A stretch of 64,000 nt of DNA, taken from positions 737,389-801,388 of the forward strand of contig WELB01000022.1 in the NCBI GenBank assembly GCA_009602725.1, in the 5' to 3' direction. Source of the stretch: Spirogloea muscicola. Its lineage: Eukaryota. The position numbers and the translations under genes are program-made. Under the pieces are notes generated by a model. It saw nothing but the letters and a program-made list of their open reading frames with translations, did not search any database and was not told the DNA's origin. This document shows positions 31,680 through 45,300 of the stretch, in pieces; within the stretch, counting starts at the first letter, position 1; each line of letters begins with the position of its first letter.

Positions 31680-33470
31680 TGCTAAGAGACCACCCTTCGT
31701 CGTACTTGCTTAGTTGTGTAATTACGTGTAGCTACTTGATTCTCTGTGTGCTTTAGCGCTTTCCCTGGTGCTTCGAAATTTGTTCGGTCTTTCTTCTCTG
31801 GGCTGGCCTCTCACAGTCACCGCCCTCCTGGAAGAGTCCTCTGATTTAAGCGCTTCCGGCCCCTCGGACCTTGTTAATATTAAGAGGGCTGCCTTTCACA
31901 GCCCTTGCCCGACGTTGTCACGACTGACTCTTTTGATTCCAGGAGCGCCAAACGCTCGTCGGAGGAGGCGGGCTACGCAGTCCGCCAAGCGGCAGGCGCC
32001 AAGGAACGAAAATACTCGGATCACCCGGTGGGAGACGAATTTGTCACACTCGCCGTCGACGTACAGGGCGCCTTTGGCGCAGAATGGCTTGACCTGCTTC
32101 ACCGCCTTGCGCAGCGAGCAGCGGCTTGCCGCCACGGGCAGCAGGGCGAGCAGCCTGGCTTCAATGTCGCCGGGTCCCTCGCCCAAGTCTTCTAGATGCG
32201 CTTGCAAAAGACTCTTTGCAGCGGTCCCTTGCCTTCGCGGTCCACTTGCGCCCAGGCCGCGCTTTGGCGGCGGCCTCCGGCTTCCGTCAGGGCGACGTCT
32301 TTCCGCCTGCTAGCTATTCAGAATTGCATCTACTGACTAGAGGTAACTGAGACTGCGCTTGCTGCTGTCTCAGTCCTTGGCACTCCGGCTCCTTCAGACC
32401 TTGTCAATTCCTTTGGGCTGGCCTCTCCCAGCCACCAGTTATTCTGGCCGCGCTTGCTTCCTTGCCCCCTTCGAATTGTTTGAAGATTGTTTAAGAGACC
32501 ACCCTTTGTTTGTTTCAAATACACAAAAATTCCCCTTCGTGGGTACTTGCTTATTGTGTGATGTCTGGCCCCTCGGTCTCCAATTTAAGAGGGCTGGCTT
32601 TCACAGCCCTTGCCCCCTTTGGATGAGCTAACTTCCGTGACACTTGCTTGGTCGTGTACTTCAGCGCTTTCCGGCCCCTTACATCATTTTTGGGCTGGCT
32701 TTCACAGCCCCTCTCCCCATTTAAAACGATGCGGCTGCTGGAGGAGCATCTATTCTTCTTTCTTTGTCTTACTGCCTTGTGGCTCTCCAACACACCATGC
32801 GCCTGCTCTCTCCCTGAACGCTATCTGCTTTCCGTCATTGCTGGATGCTTTTGAGGGCTGATCTTTTACAGCTCTTGCGCCTCTGGAAGAGCTTCTACTT
32901 CCTTACACAGCCATCGCACACTTTTCCACCGAATGAAGCTTGAAGAGAAAAGTTCTTATATGGCGGCGACGCCCTTATTTAAGACTGTTTATCGTTTTGG
33001 GCTGGCTTTCACCCCTCGCACCTCCTTTGGAGGAGCTGCTTTCGCCCTGTCGGACCTCGTCAATTGCTTTTGGGCTGGTCTCTCATGGCCATCGCCTTAC
33101 CTTGCAAGAGCTATTTCTCTTTCAGAAGGACTACTACTTCCTGGTTCACAACCATCGCCAAGCTTATGAGTATTTTCGTCTTTTGCACCTTCCGGCATTC
33201 GTACCTTGTTCATTCTATTTTGGCTGGCTTCTTACAGCCATCGCCTTACAGCAATCGCCTGGACAACTTTGTCGCCTGGATGAACTCTTATGGAAGACGA
33301 CCTTCTGGGCTGGCCTTTCCAGCCCTTCTGCGGCCCCCACCCACTGGCAAGGAGCTGCTTTTTGTGCTTAGTTGTGCCTTTCAGTTTTTCCGGCGCCTTC
33401 GGACCTTGTCCAATTTTTCTGGGCAAGCCTCTCACATCCCTCGCCCCCCTTGGATGAGCAAGCCTCGTTT
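31680..33470 (+). repeat. Array of about 11 degenerate copies of the retroelement 3'-UTR hairpin motif
   Basis: Consensus approx. CCGGCCCCTTCGGACCTTGTCAATTCTTTTGGGCTGGCTTTCACAGCCCTTGCCCCNTTGGANGAGC; hairpin cores near 31800, 31886, 32415, 32590, 32692, 32855, 32999, 33072, 33222, 33307 and 33421. Confidence 0.8.
31911..32530 (+). mobile_element. 5'-truncated, decayed CRE-clade non-LTR retrotransposon: C-terminal half of restriction-like endonuclease plus 3' UTR and short A tail
   Basis: DVVTTD...AAGAKERKY...FVTLAVDVQGAFGAEWLDLLHRLA...F*MRLQK/LQRSLAFAVHLR fits the RLE pattern DV....K..KY....F.p.a.e..G.w...QR.s..lqr. Premature TAG at 32193 and frameshift near 32213; ends tttgtttcaaatacacaaaaa. 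Confidence 0.78.
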
Positions 33471-34489
33471 CTTTCAGACTAGCATCACGCAAACAGCTTC
33501 CCTGCTCGAGCTCAGTGCCTCCTCCGCCTGTGCTGCAGGAGTGGCCCATGCAGGGCAGCGGCCATGCAGGAGTATCTCTTTCTTTTCTCTCTTTCCATCA
33601 ATGTTCTCTTTGTCCTTCTAAGTTGTGTATCTCAATTGATGAATGCATTTCCGATGCATATTGATTACGAATGCGCCTCCTGTCAAGACCATAAACGGAC
33701 ATCAAATGCAGTGCATTAGTATGAGTGGGACGGGTCGTTGCCGAACTCAGTCGCCTGGCAAGATGTGGGATAATGAGCTGCACCTCGCCAGCAGCTGAGG
33801 TAGTCGAGTAGTTGAAACGTTCACTCCGAGCCAGTGCCGGGTTCAGTACGAATAACCTGACAATGCCTGCATGTGGGGGCAGGTGCGGTGCAAGCTGGGG
33901 CTTGAGTCAAGCCGGACTACGAGGCTGTCATGTGTGACCATGTCCACGTGTTACTGCAGACTAGAAGGCAGAGGAGGTAGTCAGGGGCCAGGTGGATGCA
34001 CTGGCCCCTAGAGGGCCAGCCCACAAGATGGATGGGCCGCAAGGAAGCAGGACTGACTGGCATGTACTGAAGAGAGTGCGAGAGAAAGACTGCGAACAAT
34101 CAGCGAAATCCGGAAAGCCGACGAGCTGAGCCTTTGCAATTATTGCCTCACTTTGACAGAGCTGTTTCAGACATGTTCACTGAGTCTACAGCGATCCCAG
34201 GCTCTCGCGATACACCAGCGTGCTGGTCGTGCATTAGCCCAGGCTAATGGCTTCCGTGGTGGTGGTTTGGCGCCTCAGTATAGTATGTCAGATATGCATG
34301 TGCTCACTCGGGGATATTAGTGTCCCCCTTAGCCAGCTCATCACCCAGTTAACAGGACAATTGTAAGGCTAGAATTGGCCTCCCTTTCCATTTCATGCGC
34401 ACCGCGCGCCTTCTCTCACTGCGATGTGTGTCAGTGGATGAAGGTCACACTAAGAAGAGCAGCGGCCCCAGGCGCGATGACCATGAGTG

Positions 34490-34760
34490 AAGTGGCTCTC
34501 CCAGTAGGGGCAAGGGCTGTGAAAGCCAGCCCGAAAAGGATTGACAAAGGTTCGATGACCATAAGTGGAGAGGAACGGACAGATGGCAGCTTCAGGAGGC
34601 AGAAAAGCCTCGGGCAGAGCGAGGACAATGCTCTTCTTCCCAGGTGAAGCGGCCACTAATGGCAGTGCAAGAAGCCAAGTGCATTCAGAGGAAAATTTTC
34701 TGAAGGTGGCGATTATTGTGAAAGGCCAACCCAATAAGTGGATAAGGTCCGACAGAAGCC
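34490..34760 (-). repeat. Inverted copies of the retroelement 3'-UTR hairpin motif
   Basis: gaagtggctctcccagtaggggcaagggctgtgaaagccagcccgaaaaggattgacaaaggttcga at ~34490-34555, and a weaker copy at ~34715-34752. Confidence 0.75.
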
Positions 34761-35261
34761 CTTGCACGTTAGCGTAGACCACTCAGCACAAGCAGTCGGT
34801 ATTCACTCAGAAACTCCTACTTAACAGCCGCAAGTAGAGCAGAGCAGAATTTTTGATGGCCTGCGACTGGGCCAGCCTGAGGAGGACGTGCAAAGAACCT
34901 GGGGGGGCTCCCTGGAAGAGAGGGAAGTATAGATTAAGCATGCAGAAGCGACGAATGAAAAGGCAAGTGGCTGGGACAGAATTGAGGAAACTCGAGTACA
35001 TCACTCGGCCAGGTCTCGATGGTGTGGTGGCTAACAATCAAACAAAGCATTGAATCTTGGCGGGTCGATTATTTACAAATCGTGTGAATGCGCACATACG
35101 TCGAGCGAGGCGGCGCGTGGCGGCCCGCACTCTGGCCATTGTCAGATTTCTGGCGCGGCTCTGAAGCGCCCGCCTCTCGCTTCCAGGCAGCGCCACTCGC
35201 ACACCCGCGCCGACGCCGCCGCCGCCGTCGCCGCCGCCGCCGCCGCCGTCGCCGCCGAAAA

Positions 35262-35839
35262 NNNNNNNNNNNNNNNNNNNNNNNNNNNNNNNNNNNNNNN
35301 NNNNNNNNNNNNNNNNNNNNNNNNNNNNNNNNNNNNNNNNNNNNNNNNNNNNNNNNNNNNNNNNNNNNNNNNNNNNNNNNNNNNNNNNNNNNNNNNNNNN
35401 NNNNNNNNNNNNNNNNNNNNNNNNNNNNNNNNNNNNNNNNNNNNNNNNNNNNNNNNNNNNNNNNNNNNNNNNNNNNNNNNNNNNNNNNNNNNNNNNNNNN
35501 NNNNNNNNNNNNNNNNNNNNNNNNNNNNNNNNNNNNNNNNNNNNNNNNNNNNNNNNNNNNNNNNNNNNNNNNNNNNNNNNNNNNNNNNNNNNNNNNNNNN
35601 NNNNNNNNNNNNNNNNNNNNNNNNNNNNNNNNNNNNNNNNNNNNNNNNNNNNNNNNNNNNNNNNNNNNNNNNNNNNNNNNNNNNNNNNNNNNNNNNNNNN
35701 NNNNNNNNNNNNNNNNNNNNNNNNNNNNNNNNNNNNNNNNNNNNNNNNNNNNNNNNNNNNNNNNNNNNNNNNNNNNNNNNNNNNNNNNNNNNNNNNNNNN
35801 NNNNNNNNNNNNNNNNNNNNNNNNNNNNNNNNNNNNNNN
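35262..35839. other. Assembly gap at the 5' end of the OTU gene
   Basis: Run of N after a (GCC)n tract. Confidence 0.95.
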
Positions 35840-35846
35840 CGCCGGG

Positions 35847-38585
35847 ATGCCAGACTTCGACCCGCGCTCCATCCTGCAGCCGGCGGCGGCGAGAGCCACG
35901 GTGGGGCCAGCGAGCAGGGGCGGCGGCGGCGGCAGCGGCGGCCATCACCGGCCGTTGCGGAGCGGCGTGGAGAGCGACGGCGTGATCGCCGCGGCGCTGC
36001 AGGAGGAGTACGAGCGGGCCGCCGGCCTGGGCGCCGCCGAGGTCGCCCGCCTCGAGCGCCGCCAGCTCGGAGCTACCGCCGTCGAGAGGACCGTCGACTA
36101 CGGCCCGAATGCACCGCCGCCGCCGCCGCCGCCGCCGCAGTACAATGGCAATGGCTACGACGAGCCGGTCCATCTGGGCTACCTTCCCGGCTTGGTCGTC
36201 GTGCGTTCGACCGATGATGCTACGCCAGGCTGGAGCTTGCCGCCGCGGCTGGACTTCCCCGGCGCGCCGCCGCATTGGGAGGCCTTCGATGCTTACGCCG
36301 GCTCTGGCGCTGGCAACGCCGCTGGAGCTGCTGCCGGGCTGCCCCGGCAGTCGCTGGAAGCGGGGGACGTTCCGGTCGGTGACAGCGAGCGACATGGCGG
36401 CGTCGACTACCAATACCACCACCAGCCGGCTGGCAATGTGGGCTATGCCGGCGCTCAGGACCAAGGCCGCGGCCATGAGACGTTGCCGCTGCCCAGACCG
36501 GTGGACAAGGCGGCGCAGGAGGAGGAGGACGCCAGCCTCGCGGCGGACCTGCAGGCCGAGGAGCTCGCCTCCGCTCCGCAGCCGCCTGGCCGGTCCCTGG
36601 CGTCGGCGGCCAGCGGCGACCTGGCAGCCCGCCTCGGGCTCGCGCAGCCGTCGCCGGTCAGCGCCGTCCCGGCGGTCTCTTCCAGGCTTCCAATGCCTGT
36701 CTGGTGGCTGCGTTGCCCCTCCTGCTGCTGACATGCTGACATTGCGGTTTGCGATGGCAATGGGTCTGCTGCAGCTCGTCTTGCGGACCAACTCCGGCAT
36801 ACTGCCGCATGATGACGACATCAGTGTAGACCACCAGCGGCTGCTTGAGAGGTGGGAGGCCTGCTGCTGCTGTGCTCTGCAATGCCACATTTTGTTGCTT
36901 CCTTTCACCTGCACTGAAGTATTGTAACCTGCTCCACTTATCTCATCTGATCATAGCGACCATGACCTTAGACTCCACTGGAAAGGTTTGAGCTGAACGA
37001 GATGTCTAACCATTTCTGCCGGCAATTAGATGTTACTGCTTTTATTGCTAGATGTCATCAGATACATGAGCAATTGACTGAGCCAGTCATATCTGTGCTA
37101 TTGTGCAAACAGGCTGTGCATTTACGGCCTCAAAGAGCGGCAGATTCCTGGGGATGGAAATTGCCAGGTGCATAATTTGCGTGCTTATGCTCAGTTGACA
37201 GGATTTGGCCACAAGAAACATCAGATGTCCCAGATAGCAAGTCGAGCTGTCAAAGGCTAAGCAGACAGCCTTCGCCGTGGCACCGTATTCTGCTGCCTGC
37301 AGTTTCGCGCTTTATCAGACCAGCTCTATGGTTCGCCGGAGCACCACAAATTCGTGAGGAAGGCAATAGTGACTGAGGTACTGTGCACCCTCCCATGGAT
37401 GTCCATTGACTTAGTTGAGAGCAATTTGAAATCAAAAGACCTCTTAATGACTTTTTGATGATGTGTCACACGTTAGGGAGAGCTCTAATAGAGCTTATTG
37501 CAGACAGATCAACTCAATACAGTCCCTTACAGGGTGTCGCATTAGTTCAAAAGGGCAAGCTTTTTAGCAGAGGACGTTGGCCATCGTCTGTGTTGCTGTG
37601 TAGATGAAGAACCACCCTGAGCGATACAGTGAGCACGTCCCTGGAAAGTTCAGCGACTATGTGAAGAAGATGGGCAAGTGTGTGCTGCTTGTCACAGTGT
37701 CTACGACATTAAACTGATTCAAGTAGACTACTGCCATTGCTAGATTGCCGGTAATGAGAGGAATGTGCCATGGTTGCATCGATGATGTAATGATAAACGA
37801 AGCTCGTTTCAACGTGAATTGTGGTGCTCAGGAGTGGTGAATGGGGTGACCATGTGACGCTGCAAGCTGCGGCAGACCACGTAAGAGGGTGCCATGAGTT
37901 TAGCATTGTCTGACTGTATGCAATCTAGGATCAGGCAGTTTGGGGTAGTTGACTGAAAAGGTATTGCAGAGCATTTGAGGTAACTTGGAAGAGCACATGT
38001 CAGGTAGCATAATTGATGTCAAAAGGTAACCTGGCTAGTGTTCACTATACTGACTGTTGGCGTAGCTGTGTTGCTGGGTATGAGTCTGATCCTTTTTGCA
38101 TGCTGCTTGGTGGTGGCTAGTGGGGCGTGAAGGTGTCCTTGGTCACGTCATTCAAGGACCAGTGCTTCGTTGAGATCCCACCCCGCTTGGCGCAGTCTGA
38201 TCATGGTGAGCTGACAGCTGCACAGCATGTGTTGCACTGACTACAGATTGTAAAATTTAATCAGTGGGGGAGATGAGCACAGATTAGATAATAGATTTTG
38301 GATGCTTCAAGCCAGGAATATTGCTTAATACCTGTGTTTGCAACTTTATTTGCAGAGATTTGGCTGAGCTTTTGGGCGGAGATCCACTACAACTCCATCT
38401 ACCTTCCAGGAGGTGAGAGTTAGATCTGATCATGCAGCCTTGCTTGCTGAAGGCCTCTTTATTGTATTGCAGGTAGCAATACCGTTGATTAGTTACTGCC
38501 TGACGCTGTGGATGGGTTTTCGTTTGCTGCAGAGCAAGCGCCCATTGACAATGACCCAAAGAAAAAGAAACACTGGCTTTTTTAG
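35847..38585 (+). CDS. OTU-domain deubiquitinase, plant OTU9-12 type (true start may lie in the gap)
   Basis: DHQRLLER|LCIYGLKERQIPGDGNCQ|FRALSDQLY, SGEWGDHVTLQAAAD, LVTSFKD, WLSFWAEIHYNSIY, KKKKHWLF*; catalytic D/C and H motifs intact. Confidence 0.9.
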
Positions 38586-39634
38586 AGGTTGCTGAAGTAC
38601 GAGTTGCAGCTCCACCAAATACTTGATCCTAGCTTCAGGTACGCCTCAGTCGAAGTGCATGTCAGCAGCTTCTTTGTCCTTGAATTGCAGAAGTGCTGCT
38701 TCTTCTCCTCTCGTGACAGTGATTTTGTTCTGATGGCACAGATGTGATGCTGGAAGTACATAAAAGGTGAATCAGTGGGCCTCATGAATTGGCTTTAATG
38801 TTTTGGCAACTTGGGCGTTTTGAAACTTTGGAACTGTAGTCTAAACTCCCACAGGTGACCTCCTTTCCAGAGGGTGCGCAAAGTGACCAACTCGTTAATT
38901 TGCCACTGTTATTTCGCCACTCTCCTCTGGAACAACTCGCTTTCTGGTACTGGCAAGTGGTCCCAGATAGCTATCAGAATTTGTTCATTGTCGTTTCTTG
39001 CTGTGGCTGAAAGCCTGGCGAATAAAATGTGCACGTTGCACGCTGTGTACTCTCTTGTTGTCTTGCCTACATCAGTGCACGGTCATCAACTGTCATTCAA
39101 AGACTTGAGGGCGTGCTCTGTTTGCATGCGGTCAAGTCAGTGACCTGGTTCCATTCATCGTGCACAAGGGACGACCGGAGAGATGTCATGTTGACAGCTA
39201 GTTTGCTCTTCCCTCATTGGCACTTTCCTTACGCCCCAACCCTTGTCTGTGCCTTCTATATCTGTTCACTCGCTAGAGTACATGCCCTTACGGTGTCTGC
39301 CATCTTGGAGGACAAGCCTCTGAATCTTATTTGAGGCCACCAAGTCACAGACACACCTTCCCAGTTCTGCAAGGCACGGCCGCTTGGCCCTCTGGCCATA
39401 CGGCACGAGGGCCGAAATCGCTGGTTGTCTGGCCTTTGAATTGGTGCAAGTAGTCATTGTTCGCCACAGCTTTCAAAGAAGCAGCTCTCCCAGAGGGCCG
39501 ACGGCTGCACCCGCCAGCCCACAGTCTACACGGTCCAGAAAGCAGCAGGGGGAACCCATTTTCTTACCTGCCTTCGAGGCTGTTGTTGCAACTGTTGGGA
39601 CACTGCGGTGGTCGATGGAATGGCGATGATGCGT

Positions 39635-39805
39635 GGTGAAAAGTCAGCCCAGAAAGACTGAACAAGGTCCGAAGGAGCCGGAAAATGTAGAAAGCACTAA
39701 GGGTGCCTACTCAGTGGAAGAAAGTGCTCGCCCATAAAGAAGAGGGGCTGGCAAAGCCAGCCCAAAATTGAATGGACAATGTCCAAAGCCAAAGCCTCAG
39801 TACCC
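39635..39805 (-). repeat. Two inverted copies of the retroelement 3'-UTR hairpin motif upstream of RPL10
   Basis: 39725-39792 closely matches 10315-10382 (gaggggctggcaaagccagcccaaaa...gaatggac...gtccaaagccaaag). Confidence 0.8.
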
Positions 39806-40179
39806 CTGGTCAGCAGCCGCAAGCACATGCATCACGCAAACAATTTCGTGGGGGATTGAAGGTATGGAGGAGCTAAGCAACCGAAAGGAAGCAAGCCATT
39901 AGATTTCTTTCCTAAACCTCTCTGTTCAGAAGCCGGAACGGCCATGGCTTGGTCGACGGAACAGTGTAGTGGCCATCTCCACACAACGTTGGCTTTGATG
40001 GTGCCGGGCGTTGGAGCCCGACGCCGTTGGCCTGCCGTCGATGCAGGCAATCGGACAGTACAGGTGGCGGCGTTAAACCCCCCATGAGGGGGTTTGCCTC
40101 CCCACCTCCTCCCCGGCTTTCTGGAAGCGCGCTGCTGCGGGGAAGGAGGGAGGAGGGAGGAGGGAGGAGGGAGGTTCAG

Positions 40180-40188
40180 AAACCCTAA
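40180..40188 (+). promoter_or_regulatory. Telo-box upstream of a ribosomal protein gene
   Basis: AAACCCTAA ~150 bp before the first visible RPL10 exon; telo-boxes are a known feature of plant ribosomal protein promoters. Confidence 0.6.
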
Positions 40189-40331
40189 CCCGCCCCCCCT
40201 TCTGNCCTGCTGCGGGCTCGCCCGTGGAGTGGAGCGGCCCTTCCTCCTGCCATGTGCAGCGCCGCCGGCGTCGCCGCCGCTGCCGCTCGCGGCGGCGCCC
40301 TGAGCGCGGCGGCGTTGCGGGTGCTGCGCAG

Positions 40332-42033
<1,702 letters not shown>

Positions 42034-42371
42034 GTGGCATTGGCTCCATTTACTTCACTGTACCACATCAGGACCTGATTTCAGCTCAACGGCTATGAAT
42101 TATTGCCGTGAGGGTTGCCCTTCACCCCTGCAACTCTCCAATTAATGTCATGCGTTGGCGGCAATCAATATGCAGCAGAGCAGCAGCTGAGGGCGAAAGT
42201 CAAGACTGAAAAGTTGATGAGAGCCTGGGGCTTATGTTAACAACCTTGAGCCATGCCATAGTCACAAGCTCACTTGAGCAGTGCAAGTCGAAGGCTTGTG
42301 TTCGGTTTGCCGTGGGCTTGTGGTAATGGGAAGTCTCTCGGACTATAATGGCTGAGAGGCCAGCCACCAAT

Positions 42372-45300
42372 TTATGGGGTGCAGGAGCAATCTGTGGTGT
42401 TACTCTCGCTGGTCTGCCTGCCTCCATCTTCTTGCACACTGGTCCACAGCCGCTCAGCGTAGCCATCCTCGTCAAGAGAGACCTCAACAGTGGCGGCGGT
42501 GGCAACAGTGACCTGTATGCTTTCGCCCCCGTCGTCAACTTCGCTGCTGCCCTCGAGCTCCTCAGGCTCTGCAAGTGAGGCTGCATCGTTGTGGACAGCC
42601 TTCTGCGAGCACAACTCTGCGTCTCTAGCCTTCATCATGGCGATCTGATTGGCAATGGCACGCCGCACAGCCGGCCAGGAAGCCGGCCGGGCGCCTGGCT
42701 GGTACTGGGGTGCAGGGACCTGGAACGGCAGCACGATCCGGTCGAGGCCACGTGAGCTGCTGCTGCACAGGTGCCCATGACCAACCTGTGCGCAGCGCTG
42801 ACCGCCAGTGTCTATCGGCAGAGGTGCCGGTGGCTCAATCAGCACTATGCCGGCCTCGTAGTTGTAAATGTGGAGGCAAGACCCAAGCGCCACGCGCTCC
42901 GGGCCGGCTGTGGCAGTGGTGGCCCGTCAGCTTAGAGGGTCAGATGGGGCATGAAGACCGCTTCAAATGTGAAAATCTGGCTTGGGTTATCAACGTTTGC
43001 TACTGTAAGTAAACAGACAGACAAGAAAACAGGCCGATTAAGTGAATAAGACCAGCTATTCTATTACCAACTACTAATAATGCAATGTTATGTACCACTC
43101 TTCGAGTGGAGGCGATAGCTGTTAAAAGTGGGATCAGCATTGGCAGAGAGAGCAGCTCACCGTTGAAAGACTGCGACTGCGGCGCCTTTGGGACCGGCCG
43201 GCCCCAGGCTGCGGGGCTGAGGTTGTGGGACCCGCAGTACACCCAGCCCGATGCCGGCTGCCCGGCGGCCGAGCCCCGGAATCGCCGCAGCGCCACCTGG
43301 CAGGACGTGGCAGAAGACTGCTTGTAAGACCAACTGACGGTCATTCACACCAAGTCTTTGTACGTTTGGCACAAGCGTTGCTCAGATGAAGCCTACAGTA
43401 TAATACTTCACTATTGCCTTTCTTGCATGTAGCTAAAGCTGGGTCAAGTGCAACGGAACCGTACCTTGACGTGCATGTGGACAGCGCTGCGCTCGGGCGG
43501 CTCCGGGATGGCATCATGGAGGAGGTTGGCTGTCAGCAGCCACTCACCAAGGGCCTGCAGAATGGAGAACATGGGATGGCAGCATTGCTGTTGCTTACAT
43601 CCCTCGACCTCAGGCCCTTGATGGATTCCTTTACCCTAAATTGATGAGATGTTAAGTGCAGTAGTATAGACATTCTTGTTGACATGGGTTGCACTAATTG
43701 TCTAAGCCCTGTTGTCAAGGTCCACATCAGCAGTTCTTAAAAATAGAGCTACAGTACGACCATCATATATGTGCATCCTCCGTATTGCACTGTGCATGTA
43801 TGTGACCTATTGTGGGCCTAATCCTTAATCATGGGATTGACAAGAGTAACGAGTATGTACCTCCGTGAAGAAAGAGAGCCCTGAGAACTCCGACGGACCC
43901 CCCATTGCATCGTTTACGTGGTCTATCGTTGGAAACACGATGCCAAGTGACGGGCTACGTGCCTCCAGCTCAGCGGTCCAGTGGCCCCACTGCCATGATG
44001 CATCAAGACAAAAGGCAGGGCACGGTTAAGGAAAATTGACTTTATTAGTGGCAAGTGATTGTGCGGCGGCTCTGCAACTGGGGCTGAGGAGCTGTGCCTC
44101 GGGGTCGCTCTCGCTACCGTTGCCGTCGTCAGGCATCGCTGGGGGCCGGCGCCCGGCGGCAGCCGCGAACGCCCCCAAGAAGGGCGGGTCGACCGACGAG
44201 CCCACTGAGGATGAGCCTGAGCAGTGCGCCGCAATTATCTCATTAGCAACTACATGACGTCTTAACAAGCTCCTGATTGAGGTTAAAGGCTTACAACTAT
44301 CTGATTGGTGCACGTGCGCTTGCAGCCTTGAGCACGAGCTCACCGTACAGAAAGTCGGTCTCGAGCTCCTGCGGCCACTTGTGGCACCTCAGCACCTGCA
44401 ATGTCGGCGACGGCAGCAGCCGCCAGGATGATGTCAGAATGAGGCGGAGAGCTCGAAAGCGGCATGCTGAGACCAAAGCACGGCAAGAGCCAGATGCCTG
44501 TCGTTGCAGCCCATTGCATGACTTGCACCATTGCGCCTACAGTACTCAACGGGATTCTGGCGCGCAGATGATCAACATGGCAGATGGATGTTAACGTCAG
44601 AAGCTGTTGAGGTCGTGCGCCCAGTGTGCTTGCCTGGTGCAGGCGCCAGAGCCCAAGCGGGCGCTGCAGCGAGCGCAGGAGGCCTGCGAATGCACGTGCG
44701 TGTCTTGTCACCAGCTCCTCATGCGCCGACGCGAATCGCGGGCCCTGTGGAGAGCCCACTCTTGAGCAGGCTTGAGATGCGCTCTTCTGAAGAGCTTTCA
44801 ATAAAGGAAAATTAGGCATCACAAGTCAAAGAAAGTACTAATTGTGTAAAACCTACACAAGGAAGTCAAAGGTAATGGATTTATGTTATATCTAAGAATT
44901 ATTAGCTGCTGGGTGCAGGCAACCGAGCTGCGCAGCAGAAAGTACCTCGAGGATGTAAATGCAGAGCTGCGGGGAATGCGCCTCGGCGCGGCCGGCAGCA
45001 GCAGCGAGGACTTGGCGCAGGCTGGCTCTGGCGGCAAAATGTACGAGCCCAGCATCCCAGAGCGGCGCAGCCCACGCCGCGATTGCCCGCGGCAGGTACC
45101 CGATGCGCAGCTCTGCGGCACCGCCGCTCCTGCTACAATTGCTGCCTGCAGCACCGCCGAGGTCCTTGGGCTTGCTCAGACACATTCAGCAGCAGTCTCA
45201 TATGAGCTGGTGAATCTCAGTTCAGAGATTCTGCGTTTTGCTTGAATCGACGTTGTGAGGGTTTCCTTATTGACTTCTGTAACTATGCAGAGCAACTTAA

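Noticed and set aside
31680..33470. CRISPR array
   Set aside because: Repeats are too degenerate, spacing is irregular, there are no cas genes, the context is eukaryotic, and the motif tracks retroelement 3' UTRs.
33600..35060. Exon-like fragments (LFVLNPALARSERFNY..., MQKRRMKRQ...)
   Set aside because: Could not be joined into a coherent gene or assigned to a family.
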